A DNA stretch of 64,000 nucleotides from Seison nebaliae (GCA_023231475.1 JALJEE010000208.1:1-64000), one strand, 5' to 3'; counted from the first letter of the stretch, positions 38,698 through 50,192 are shown. A program made the numbers and translations. Notes: generated by a model from the letters alone, not told the origin.

Positions 38698-39089
38698 GAA
38701 GATGGACAAGAGATGACACAATCATAAATAATCGAAATAATCGAAATTATTAAATTACTTTTTATTATTAGATAATCATTTTATAATTAGAAAAATTCTA
38801 CTGCTACTGTTAAATTTCTTTTTCCATAATATTTCCATGAATTTCTTGAAAAAATAACTTTGGAAGGTTTTGTATTTTTCTTGAAATTCTCTTTTTCATT
38901 TCCCAAAATTTATTTGTGTGAGGGCAATTAAATTTTCCTTTTTTTTCTTTTCTCCATATTTCATTTTTGGATTTCTAGGAATTATGTTGAATGATAATTT
39001 AAATTTCTCGAAATACTTTCGATTTCACTTGAAATATTTTTTTGGTTTTTGTAGGAACCAATTTTAATTTTTTCTTTTTTGATGATTAA

Positions 39090-42000
39090 TTAAATTTCTT
39101 CATATTTCTTCTTTCTTAACGTAAAAATAAAATTATTATTCGTCTGACATTCTTTCATAATAACGGAGAGTTGTTGCTCTTCATCTTCCAAATCTCTCGA
39201 TGTAATTTCTCTATTATTCTCCTCGATATCATAATCCGGTTCAGTATAATATGGATATTTCGCTGTTTCAATTCTCTCGCACATTTCTTCATTCGATTTT
39301 TCTCTGAGAAACAGTTCATTATTATTGTTGTTGTTATTATTTAATTGGATTTTTTTAGTATTTTGGTTAGAAGTAAATGTGGAATAATGTTGATGTTGTT
39401 GTTGTTGTTGTCGATGAGGGTTATGGTTATTTGGATAATGTTGTTGTGAAAGAAATGATGAACCTTTACTCTTCAAATTAATGACATGAGATGTGGATCG
39501 ATTAACGATATTAATTGGCGTTTTCGAATTAATCCATTCATAAGAATTGTCATTAATTTTCAATTTTTCATTATTTGGACGACATTCATAATCAGTTGGT
39601 GGTGTCAAATGAAACTGGTTGGTCATATTGGGTTGAATTCGGAAGAGTAAATTCTTTCCAGGATTAATCGACGACTTATGAGCAATTGGATGATGGATAT
39701 CGATTGATTTGTATTTGGAAAGTAAATTATCATTTCGATTCTTCTCGATAATTCTCTCGAATTTCTCTTTCAATTCATTGATGGAGAGTACACGATCTAA
39801 TTCAGATTCACCTAAAATCGACGTGTTTAATAATTTTGGAATTTGTTCTTGTCGTTGCATTTGTTTCTCTTGATTCATTCGATAAGAAACGAGTTGATGA
39901 TAAGGAGTGATAATTGACGATTTGGACGAAGCAGCCGAATTGGCTTGGAGAGAATTTGTATTAGTTGTCGATGTTTGAATAGTTGTAGTACTCGTCATCA
40001 TATTGGTGATGTTGATAGGCTTCAAAGAATCGATTCTCTTCCACGAATGTGGATTGGTATCAGTCAATGATTTTAAATGATCAGAATTCTTATAGTAATC
40101 AATCGATTGAGGTAATGATCTAGTATTATGAACGAACGAATAATTGTTGTTATTGTTATTGTTATCATCAGTAATTTGATTCATACATTGATGACTGAGA
40201 GAGATTTGATGATTGTCTAATTTGTTCGAAGAGTATTCGAATGATTTCACTGATAAATTATCAGTAGAATAACAATCGATAATTTTCGATGATGATGATC
40301 GAGACGAGATGACGGAAGGAAAAACTGATGCTGATTGTGAAGATTGTGAAGATTGACTAGATTGATTAGATTGGGAGAATGATGAGTTGAATAAATTCTT
40401 TTCATTTCGATGATAATATTTGAAAAGTAAAAATTTCACTTGGAGAATTTGGAATGGAATGAGGAAAAATATCGTTACAATGAAATATCGAAGGAAGACG
40501 ATGGTTGAAATGAATAAATCATTCGTAGCCATTGAATGTAATTGACGAACGAGATTAGTAAACGATTTATTCATCACATCCAACATATAATGACAACTGA
40601 TTGTCAATAAAGCGATGAAAACGTTGAACGACGGTTTTTTCGAATTATTCTCCCCATTACCACTTGTCCATGTTGAATTAAAAGAGAATTTCTTATGAAC
40701 CGCTTCATTATCATCATCATCATCAATCGACTCATTATCTGATTGACCAAATGCAGCCACACTTATCACGATTAATGTGAGCGTATTCAAGAGAAGTAAA
40801 AGACAATTAACCGTTAAAATGGTGAGTGATGGTAACGAATGTTTCTTCAAATATTTCTTCATCTGATAGAACATTCCAACTCCATAAAAGAAGAAAATCA
40901 TACAAATCGGATATTCGATTAATAAATGAATGAAATGAATATGAAGATATGGAACATTCTTGTTTACTTTTATTCTTCTCTTTTTTCCATTTCCCACAAT
41001 TTCCACATTTGGTCTGATCGTGAAATTGATTTTTGCTAATCGATTCAATAACGTTGACTTTTCCATTTCATTCTTTTCCATTTCTTTCCACTCTCCAATG
41101 GTCGTTAAGAAAGAATTATCTTTTAAACGTTTTTCAACTGTTGTTATTATTCTTTTCCTTGTCGTTGGAAATGTTCGTGTTGTTCGTGTAGTATCACGGA
41201 AAGTTGATGGAAGATTTGTGGATTTCGAAGTAAATTTTGAAATAAAGTTCAAATTATTTGATTTCCTACTCATCATCGTTGATAATGTTGTTATTAATTT
41301 CTTATCTGTTATTGATGTTGTGATTGTCGTGCTAACTAATGATGGAATAGAAATGGTGGTTGTTAAAGAAAGAATTCTCAATAATTTGACAATATTAAAT
41401 TGTTGGAGTTCTTCGTTCAATTTCATCGAATTATTCATTTTCTCATTTCTAACAACGACGATCGATTTTTCTTTTTCGATTGTTGATGTTGATGTTGATG
41501 TTGTTGGAATTGTTGTGTAGCGATGACCGATCTTTATGGGATAAACATCATTTCTAAAACCATTTCTAACGAAATTAATTAATTGAAGTAGAAACTTCTG
41601 TTTCCCTTCTCCTTCCTCATTCGATGGAGTAATGACGTTTCGTCTATGTCGTTCTAGAATTTGATTTGATGCAATTGTTCTGGTATTCATATCGGAATAA
41701 TTCCAATAGACTAAACTTATCCAAAATTGTATCATCAACAGGAAGATGATGAGAAAGATGAGAAGTATATGATAATTCTTCTTCTCTTTTCTCCTTAATT
41801 GATTCCGACGATTGATTGAATTGATGGGATGCATCAAATTCTTTATCCGTTGCCAATTTGCACGTGTATTCAACGACGTTAATGAGTCGTCAGTGTTCAA
41901 TGTCAAGTCGACACTATGTTTGGTGGCTAATCGACTTTTAATGGAAGTGAGAGCATTCTCACTACGATGACGAAGTATGAGGAAGATTTTATGAATCTTC

Positions 42001-42977
42001 TTATCTCCATCCATTGACATACGATAAGATTGCATATGTTTCTTGTAGAATTGGGAGAGTTTATTCAATATCATTCTACAAAGTCGTTTTCCTTTCATTT
42101 TATTTTGAGGAGAATTCAATGAATTTCTTCCCATCGATTCTCTCTGATACATCTTATAATAGAATTGGAAGAGGAGCGACAATAAAACGTTGCTGAATGT
42201 GGTGAATAAGGGAACGATGAATAATTTCGATTTTTCAAAATTGTTTAATAAGAATGTCAGATGTCTCTCAACCATCGTTAATTCCACAAAATTATTATTC
42301 GTTCCATTCAATTTCTCCACATCACTTAACAAGATATTGAGCGCTGTAAATAAGAAGAAGTTGACGAAATAGAGAACGATCAACATTCGATTAATTCTAA
42401 GATGTTGAACTGATTTCAATGAAGAGATTTCCCTTCTTCTCATTATCTTCTCTTCATTATTGTTATTGTTATTGTTATTATTATTATTCTTATCCATTTC
42501 ATTCGACTGATGAGTTGATGGAGAATGAAGATGTAAATAATAATTTCTAATAAATTTAATGAAACGATAAATTCGTTGATTATCATTTTGTGGTATCATA
42601 AATTTCTTTTTATTAATCCTTCTAAAATTATCGTTATTGTTATTGTTGTTGTTTATGTTGTGGTTAAAGTTATTGTAAATATCGTTATGATATGATGATC
42701 GTGCAAATCTGACATTAGTCGATTGTTTCAATGAATAATTCATCACATTCACTAATATACTTCCAATAATATTAATGAGAAGAAGTATCATCGTGATGGA
42801 AAAAATGAGAATTGTTATAATACATAAAACTCGATGATTCACACCATTATCATATTGATATGAGAGTAGAATGTTTATTGAATGGCTCCTCCACACCTGA
42901 TGGAAAGTGGTTGATGGAATATTTAGAAATTGCATAAAACTATTCCAAATTGGCTTTACCAGATAAACGATCGACAT
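39090..42977 (-). CDS. Large intronless multi-pass membrane protein (about 7-8 TM segments) with long N/T/S-rich loops
   Basis: ~1295-codon ORF from ATG 42977, with hydrophobic helices separated by low-complexity insertions and a long C-terminal tail. Confidence 0.7.
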   Translation of the reverse strand: MSIVYLVKPIWNSFMQFLNIPSTTFHQVWRSHSINILLSYQYDNGVNHRVLCIITILIFSITMILLLINIIGSILVNVMNYSLKQSTNVRFARSSYHNDIYNNFNHNINNNNNNNDNFRRINKKKFMIPQNDNQRIYRFIKFIRNYYLHLHSPSTHQSNEMDKNNNNNNNNNNNEEKIMRRREISSLKSVQHLRINRMLIVLYFVNFFLFTALNILLSDVEKLNGTNNNFVELTMVERHLTFLLNNFEKSKLFIVPLFTTFSNVLLSLLFQFYYKMYQRESMGRNSLNSPQNKMKGKRLCRMILNKLSQFYKKHMQSYRMSMDGDKKIHKIFLILRHRSENALTSIKSRLATKHSVDLTLNTDDSLTSLNTRANWQRIKNLMHPINSINRRNQLRRKEKKNYHILLIFLIIFLLMIQFWISLVYWNYSDMNTRTIASNQILERHRRNVITPSNEEGEGKQKFLLQLINFVRNGFRNDVYPIKIGHRYTTIPTTSTSTSTIEKEKSIVVVRNEKMNNSMKLNEELQQFNIVKLLRILSLTTTISIPSLVSTTITTSITDKKLITTLSTMMSRKSNNLNFISKFTSKSTNLPSTFRDTTRTTRTFPTTRKRIITTVEKRLKDNSFLTTIGEWKEMEKNEMEKSTLLNRLAKINFTIRPNVEIVGNGKKRRIKVNKNVPYLHIHFIHLLIEYPICMIFFFYGVGMFYQMKKYLKKHSLPSLTILTVNCLLLLLNTLTLIVISVAAFGQSDNESIDDDDDNEAVHKKFSFNSTWTSGNGENNSKKPSFNVFIALLTISCHYMLDVMNKSFTNLVRQLHSMATNDLFISTIVFLRYFIVTIFFLIPFQILQVKFLLFKYYHRNEKNLFNSSFSQSNQSSQSSQSSQSASVFPSVISSRSSSSKIIDCYSTDNLSVKSFEYSSNKLDNHQISLSHQCMNQITDDNNNNNNNYSFVHNTRSLPQSIDYYKNSDHLKSLTDTNPHSWKRIDSLKPINITNMMTSTTTIQTSTTNTNSLQANSAASSKSSIITPYHQLVSYRMNQEKQMQRQEQIPKLLNTSILGESELDRVLSINELKEKFERIIEKNRNDNLLSKYKSIDIHHPIAHKSSINPGKNLLFRIQPNMTNQFHLTPPTDYECRPNNEKLKINDNSYEWINSKTPINIVNRSTSHVINLKSKGSSFLSQQHYPNNHNPHRQQQQQHQHYSTFTSNQNTKKIQLNNNNNNNNELFLREKSNEEMCERIETAKYPYYTEPDYDIEENNREITSRDLEDEEQQLSVIMKECQTNNNFIFTLRKKKYEEI

Positions 42978-43590
42978 TTTTTTCAAAAAAAAACCGTCGT
43001 ATATGTCTCTGTGATTTCTAATTAGATATTCTTCCTTTTTACCATCTAACACAATTCTTACTTGATCTCAACTCAATTAGTAGGTCATCTAACTGTATGA
43101 ACTGATTAACATGATTAGACTCATTTGTTTACCGAATGGAACTCGTGGATCTTCATTATCACTTTCCACACATCGATTTGATGAGACTTCTCCAGAACGA
43201 GATTAACTAAATTTGCTGACAACTCTACAACTACCAATTTCATCTCAACAAATAACTTCTTCATCACATTACTCTCCCTTGTCCCGTCATCAATTATCTT
43301 ATTGACTTTTCTCCACTTAATTCTTACCATAATCATTCCACCAAATTTCAAATTCCACCAATAAAACGATGGATGGAAAAAATATTGAAATAATTCCCAT
43401 AGAAACGATAAGATCAAATTATTTTATTTAAAAAAAAGTTTAAAAAATTTTCCTTTGATCACTCCCACAAAAGCTTTTTCCCCTAGAGAATTTTATGAGA
43501 AAAAAATGGAAAAGAAAAAAAAATGATGAAGAAAAATTGTTTAATTCTTAAGCGAATGAGAAAATTGAAGATTCTCAGTTGAATGAAAAA

Positions 43591-45330
43591 ATGAAGATGA
43601 TCAGAAATTGGTTGACAATGTTCGTCTTGTTCGTGACGGTGAAGGAGAGACAATTCACCAAAATCAAATCGCTTCGAGAAAGAACGAGAAATTTATTTTT
43701 GATGAATTACGAGACTTATTTACTTGAAGCATTTCCCAAAGACGAATTGAGACCATTGACATGTGACGGATATGATACTTGGGGTGGCTATGCTTTAACC
43801 TTAATCGACAGTCTCTCCACATTGGGAGTGTTGGGACTCAAAGAAGAATTCCATCGAGTAGTCACTCTGATCGAGGAGACGTCATTCATCGATTGTTATC
43901 GAAATGTCAATGTTAGTGTTTTCGAGACGAATATTCGAGTGATTGGTGGATTGATTTCTTCTCATCTTCTCCTTAATCATCCCACACTTCGTATCATCAA
44001 TCAAACATCGATCGATTCTTCTTGGCCTTGTTCCGGCAAATTATTAGACGTCGCTCTCGAATTAGCTGAACGTCTCTTACCAGCATTCGATACGAGAACT
44101 GGAATGCCATATGGAACGGTAAATTTACGAGATGGTGTTCCTCATGATGAAACTCCAATAACGTGTTTAGCTGGTGTGGGAACGTTTATTGTCGAATTCG
44201 GCACATTATCTCGATTAAGTGGAGATGATCGTTTCGAGAAAGTGGCAATGCGTGCATTAGACTCGTTAGAGAGGAATGTCAATTCTGTCACTAAATTATT
44301 CGGAAATCATATTAATGTACTAACTGGTGTTTATACTGCTAGTGATGGAACGATTGGTGCTGGTGTTGATTCATGGTTGGAATATTTGGTAAAAGGTGCA
44401 ATACTTTTCAATAATTCAACTTTATTGAAAATGTTCGAAAAACATAAAAAATCGATCGATTTCTATATGAAACAAAATGTTCCATTTCAACCGACAATCG
44501 ACAAATTCCATGAACGTCGTCAACAATCACGATTATATTATCATTGGGTGAATTCGGTGAGTGGAAATCCATCATATCAATTCATCTCTTCTTTAGACGC
44601 TTATTATCCAGGAATTCTCTTTCTCTCTTCCAACCATCATGATGACGAAGCAAGAAGTTTCATCCGAACATTATTCCATGACATTTGGAAACGTTATGGA
44701 ATATTACCAGAATATTATTTAATAAATACTGAAAATATATTGAAAGGACGAGAATTTGGTGCATTACGTCCTGAATTAATCGAGAGTATTTGGTACATGA
44801 AATTGAAAGGAAATGACGAGGAAGCTATCGATATGGCAGAAGAGATTTTATATTCCATCGAAAAATTGGGTGTTAATCGTCAACAATGCGCCAATGAAGC
44901 AAAAAAATTGAAAATTATTCATTCTATTAAAAATAAATTTCATGTCAATATTCCACTCAATACGTCACTCATTACTACTATAAAAGATTGTGAGACACAT
45001 GAATTGGATAATCGTCTAGAAAGTTTTGTTTTAGCTGAAACGTTGAAATATCTCTATTTGATCTTCGATGAAGAACATTGGCTAAATCACAAATCTCTCA
45101 TTTATTCGTCTGATGTCTGTCCGATATTAGGTGAGAGATATATTATGAACACAGAGGCACATCCCATTGATATCGCCGCTGTTCGTTGTTGTCATCGAGC
45201 GAATAGTCGAGCCACTATCGCTTTCAATTATTTATTAAAAATGGATCCACATCAATCACTCAATCAACTCAATTGTTCTCACGTCGACGATCTACATTTT
45301 GCAGGTGAGAAAATTTTTGAAGAACTTTGA
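43591..45330 (+). CDS. EDEM2: ER degradation-enhancing alpha-mannosidase-like protein (GH47); intronless
   Basis: DELRPLTCDGYDTWGGYALTLIDSL, VSVFETNIRVIGGL, IGAGVDSWLEYLVK, LRPELIES, ESFVLAETLKYLYL, NTEAHP. Confidence 0.9.
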   Translation: MKMIRNWLTMFVLFVTVKERQFTKIKSLRERTRNLFLMNYETYLLEAFPKDELRPLTCDGYDTWGGYALTLIDSLSTLGVLGLKEEFHRVVTLIEETSFIDCYRNVNVSVFETNIRVIGGLISSHLLLNHPTLRIINQTSIDSSWPCSGKLLDVALELAERLLPAFDTRTGMPYGTVNLRDGVPHDETPITCLAGVGTFIVEFGTLSRLSGDDRFEKVAMRALDSLERNVNSVTKLFGNHINVLTGVYTASDGTIGAGVDSWLEYLVKGAILFNNSTLLKMFEKHKKSIDFYMKQNVPFQPTIDKFHERRQQSRLYYHWVNSVSGNPSYQFISSLDAYYPGILFLSSNHHDDEARSFIRTLFHDIWKRYGILPEYYLINTENILKGREFGALRPELIESIWYMKLKGNDEEAIDMAEEILYSIEKLGVNRQQCANEAKKLKIIHSIKNKFHVNIPLNTSLITTIKDCETHELDNRLESFVLAETLKYLYLIFDEEHWLNHKSLIYSSDVCPILGERYIMNTEAHPIDIAAVRCCHRANSRATIAFNYLLKMDPHQSLNQLNCSHVDDLHFAGEKIFEEL

Positions 45331-46120
45331 TCGTTTTCCCTTCTCTCACTTTCTCATATTTATTTTTTTCGTTGTACATTTATCTCTATTATCACTTCCA
45401 AAAAAAAAAAGAATATTTTTTTTGTCACATTCCCTCCCCGCAACATGAATCCACTAATAAAAAATATATAGTGAATGAAATATCTTCCACAATTCAATTT
45501 ACATTCTAATCATTAATTTATTAATTTCCACGATAAACATCTCACATCACATCGAAACGTCCAAAAGAAAAAATGTAAATTAGTAATATCAAATTGGAAG
45601 AAAGTTTAGAAGAAGGAAAATTAAAACTAATTAAATCGACGTAAAACTAGAAAATTTTCGATAGGCTGAACTTTAAAATTTGAGTTCAATTAACATTCAA
45701 TTCTAATTAATTTTCACAATCTAAACCTAATCAGCAACAAACTAAAATAAAACTGAAACTACAATAATTTAAGAATTCTCAACTCTTTTTATAATTATAA
45801 ACTATAAGATAGTTAAAAGAATTTTTCGAAAAGAAAATGGTGAAATATTTCCCATGGGAATAAAAATGTCCATTATCAAATAAATTAATCAAAACTATGA
45901 AAATGTATTTGAATTTTATTTTCTTCTCTAATTAACTAATATGATTAAACTGAAACGATAATTTTGTATAATATCAAAATAATTAGACGACCAGATTGAT
46001 TTAAGTAGGAAAAATTGGATGTAGTAAAAATTAAATTTTAAGTCTTATTATTAATTTTTTATTTGTTTTCTAAAGAAAAAATTTTGCATATTTATTGTGA
46101 TAGAACGAAAATTAGCTAGG

Positions 46121-47762
46121 ATGAGACTTTCAAAACAATTTTTTAATTTTGCAAAACTAAAACCCAAATCTTCTTGCAACGGGTTTCACTTAATATAGTT
46201 TCTAAATATTCTACTTTGATAGTATTGTTGAGTTAATTGAATATCTTCGACCTTTATCTTATGGAGATCAACTCAAATGGAAAGTGAATGAAATTGAAAA
46301 GAATTGGAGAAATCTAAGTACGACACTGTTGTGGGATGAGCATTTGCCGAGTCGAACTAGAAAATATTTGTTGGAGAACTATCTTTTGTATACACACTCA
46401 CCCACACTAATAGGAGTGATATCAGAAGTTTCATTTATTTTAATTTCAATCCAAAAAATTTTTGATGTGAAGGAAGAATTGGATTCATATCGAACACAAG
46501 ATACATTTCTTTGTGGGAGGAATGATGACAATGAGATTCAAGTTGGTTACTATTTGAAGAGAGGAGAAAAGCAGCCTTTAATTGTAGAAGCCGACGATCT
46601 TTGTACAATTCGACAGAAACATTTGAAAATTGGAAAATTATTCAAAAATTTTTTAGAAACTGCTACATCGTTTCGGATGGAAAAAGGAGAGAAGGAAACT
46701 ATGAAAAATTGGAAGAATGTCTTCCATCGGATAAATGTTAAATCGAATGATGATGAAAGTGATTGTCTCTTATCAATACATGCATGTCTCCGCCATCTAA
46801 CGGAAAAAGAGAAGGAATTATTGAAATTTGAATTAAAAGATTATTTCAATGGAAATGATTTGATTTCTTCTCTCGTTCTCATTAATAGTCCAAACGATAA
46901 CATATTTTGGGATACGAGAATTGAGAAGATTATCGGAAATGGTTTCTTCGTAGAGAAATATGATAATTATCAGATTCGTCAATCTTCTTTTTCCACACCG
47001 AAAGTTCATCGAAATCAATTGATAAAAATGATGAAACAAATTAAAAACCATTTGGATGGATCGTTTAACGATTCTGTCTTGATCGATGTATGTTGCGATA
47101 GTGGATTATCATCAATCTTCTTATCAGATAATTTCCTTCAAGTATTTGCCATTGATCCCACCAAATGGTTGATCGATGATATGTTGTACAATATAGAAAG
47201 AAATAGTTCCAAATTTTTTTTTATACAGGAAATATTTGTGATATACTATTTTGATGTTTAATTAGATATCGGAAATATTTCAGCAATTTTTGGAAAATCT
47301 TATCCGAGATTGAAGGGTTTATTATATAAGTTAACGAAAGAAAAAGAGACAGATGCAATGAAGTTTAAGGATATAACGTTGCTAATTCATGTGGATTATA
47401 CGAAAATAACATCTGATGGTTTTTTTTAATTACAATTTTTTACCTATTTTGTTCTAGTTCGAAAGATTGTTAGACTCGCACGTTTAAATGATAATGTGAA
47501 GAATGTAATTTATATATCTCAAAATATTGGTGGTCCAGCTCTCCATAATATTTATGAGATGACTGCTGGAAATAATCGAGGTGAAAAACTGTTTGGGAAA
47601 CCATTTTTCCCTATAGACCAAATTTTCGTTGATTTAATTCCACAAACGACGGTGGTGGGAAGTGTGATATTTTTGAAAAAATTAGAAAATGATTTTCATC
47701 CACCTGACACCCGAATCTGGGAATTCCATAATGAGATTTTCGAGAATATGAAAAATTCATAA
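46121..47762 (+). CDS. TRMT2-family m5U RNA methyltransferase-like protein with a degenerate active site; introns 46183-46222, 46428-46472, 47206-47265, 47419-47457
   Basis: PLSYGDQLKWK, SYRTQDTF, LIDVCCDSG, NVIYISQ and KLFGKPF...VDLIPQT occur in the order of the TRMT2A/B motifs. The N-terminus resembles a mitochondrial presequence. Confidence 0.7.
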
Positions 47763-47816
47763 AAACATTTTCTTTTTCTTCTTCCTATATCAGAGAGTGT
47801 TTTTTATAATGAGAGA

Positions 47817-49343
47817 ATGAAATTGATACGAATTCCTTTTCGGGCGTATAACGTCCGCAATTTGGACAATGATATGGCATCATTATTCCAGAACGAGACC
47901 CGTTTGGAATCCATGAGAAGAAATTTAGATACTCGACAATTTATTGTTGATTTGGAAAAGATTCGATCGAAATGGAAAGAACTCCTTAAATTACGACAAC
48001 GTATCAACGAAATAGAAAATGAACAAAAAATATTAAATAAAAAAATTCTTTCTATCGTGAGAGATGGAAATATGATACCAGAAGATTTGAAAGTTGTCGG
48101 ACGTCGTTTGCGGAAGAAACATCAAGAAATTCATGAAAATGAATTGAATCCAACAGAGCTGATGTTGCGGAGAGCATTCCGTCAACTCCCCAATTCACTG
48201 CACGAATTTAGTGCACGGGTACCAAAAGCAGTAGCTCATCCACTTCGTTCCGATGATATATTTAGTTTGACAACGGTCTACCGTTCCGTCAGAAATAAAC
48301 CGTCATCATCTAATTTTGCATTGAGGAGTTTCCGTCAATTGTTAGATTATTGTGCGAGACCAATGCCGACAACAGATCCAGTTCCTTGGTTTGAATGGAG
48401 ATCGTCTCAACCGAAAACAACGGAGACGTTATTGCAAGATAAGAATTCGTTCATTACTTCCAAAATGGCGATTATACATGATGCAATTCCACGATATTTT
48501 AGAGGTGAATTATTGAAACTCCTAAAGAAAGAGACGATTGATGTGGAGGAAGTTGATGGTCCCTCACTCATTAAATCATCAGTTATTGACGATTGTGGTT
48601 TGGATTCAAATGATACTTCCTCCATTTATTCTTTGAACTCAACGAGCAGTACGTCTGACAATGACCGATTACATGTTGTTGGCAATGCATCGTTACCTTC
48701 ATTAGTAACGAATCTCCGACATCAAACTGATGTGATTACTCCGAAAATATTTTTGACTAATGGTCGTTATTATTCAGTTAAACGATGGCATGAAGCCAAT
48801 TGTGTTAGTGTTCTAGGTGTAACAGGCAACGAATCCAAATATAATATGTTCAATAATTGGAAAAACGAAGTGAGAGATACGAACGACATGTACAAATATT
48901 TAATAGATAAGAAAATGAATAGTTCTCAACTGGATCTTAATAAAACCGATCATATGTTCCAATGTCTATTACATCATTTCCTCCAAATCTACACGCAATT
49001 AGATATGCATTTCCGATTGGTGAATGTTAATGCAGCTGATCTGAAAAAAAACGAATCGTTACGTCTGGAAATTCATTGTTTTTCTCCATCAACTCACCAA
49101 TATATTCCAGTTGCACGTCTCGCCATTCTCAACGATTATATCAGTCGCCGATCAGATATTCATATATCATCTGAAGGAAAACAGAATATAAAGTTCCCTC
49201 AGATGATATATGGGTCGCTGGTTTACACACCTTTCATGTTCGTCACTCTCATCGAAAATCGGCAATTGCCTCGCGGTTCTAAGAAGATTATCGACATTCC
49301 AGACAAATTAGAACCATATCTAGTGAATCGAACATTTATTTAA
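47817..49343 (+). CDS. Seryl-tRNA-synthetase-like protein with degenerate class II motifs (SLIMP-like); intronless
   Basis: Coiled-coil tRNA-binding arm, LPNSLH, FRLVNVNAADL, NDYISRR and LIENRQ...IDIPDKLEPYL match the SerRS fold. Motif 2 and motif 3 catalytic signatures are not recognisable. Confidence 0.75.
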   Translation: MKLIRIPFRAYNVRNLDNDMASLFQNETRLESMRRNLDTRQFIVDLEKIRSKWKELLKLRQRINEIENEQKILNKKILSIVRDGNMIPEDLKVVGRRLRKKHQEIHENELNPTELMLRRAFRQLPNSLHEFSARVPKAVAHPLRSDDIFSLTTVYRSVRNKPSSSNFALRSFRQLLDYCARPMPTTDPVPWFEWRSSQPKTTETLLQDKNSFITSKMAIIHDAIPRYFRGELLKLLKKETIDVEEVDGPSLIKSSVIDDCGLDSNDTSSIYSLNSTSSTSDNDRLHVVGNASLPSLVTNLRHQTDVITPKIFLTNGRYYSVKRWHEANCVSVLGVTGNESKYNMFNNWKNEVRDTNDMYKYLIDKKMNSSQLDLNKTDHMFQCLLHHFLQIYTQLDMHFRLVNVNAADLKKNESLRLEIHCFSPSTHQYIPVARLAILNDYISRRSDIHISSEGKQNIKFPQMIYGSLVYTPFMFVTLIENRQLPRGSKKIIDIPDKLEPYLVNRTFI

Positions 49344-49442
49344 CAATTTTTATTTCTTGTTTTATCAAATACATCAGACCAGCATATTTTTGTAAGAGAA
49401 AAAGAAAAGAGAATAATAAAAATGAAAATTTTTTTAAATATT

Positions 49443-50192
49443 TTAATTATTTGACAATATTTCTGGTGGGGATTGTTGTTGTGGTGGTTCGTTTGGCGAT
49501 TGTGTTTCATTCTTATAATCATTCGATAAATATTTTTCGTCATCATTCTCGTTAATTATCATAAATTGCGTCATTAAATAGTGATCGATTAAATTGAGGG
49601 AACATAAAAAAATTAGAAGAATTCCTGAAAACGGTTATCAGATAAGTCAAATGAATGAAATGGGAACCTGCAAACATTCCGGGAACGCTAGAAATTATTG
49701 GCACGAATGTTGGTAATGCCAAAAGCAGATATATAATTGACAATTTCCATTGTTTCGTTAAATTTAAATAAAAGTCTGTAACTCTTTAAAAGAAAAGTTG
49801 AAAGTGGAAGTGTGAGAAAATGAGAGAACGGATAATTTTCTTTTAATTGATCGACATCATAATATTTTTGATGTTGTGAACGAAATTCGATTTCTGTCAT
49901 AATTATTGCAATTAATCTTGATATGTAGACAACAAAGGCAAATTAAACAAGTTAAAAATTTCTTACCAACAATAGATAACATCCAATGAATCGGGAACCA
50001 GTCGTTGCTATACAAGAGATGGCGAACGCCCATTCACCTATCGACGAAGGTCAATCGGAAGAGCATATTGAAACAAAAGAATATTAAATCGAAAAAAAAA
50101 CATAATGTTATGAGTATTCCAAAAATCTGACGAATCGGTTTGAGATATCGATGACAAGATTGGAAAAACATTCTTTTTCTTTCACTTTCCAT
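49443..50192 (-). CDS. Four-TM membrane protein, TMEM72-like; 5 exons
   Basis: Four GTT...AG introns give a continuous frame: MESERKRMFF...RQIFGILITLCEWAFAISC...FIGCYLLLIAIIMTEIE...WKLSIIYLLLALPTF...AGILLIFLCSLNLI. The family call is tentative. Confidence 0.5.

Noticed and set aside
38396..38721. Three 61-106 aa ORFs listed in the track
   Set aside because: They overlap the real UQCR10 frame (38524-38697) and show no recognisable features.
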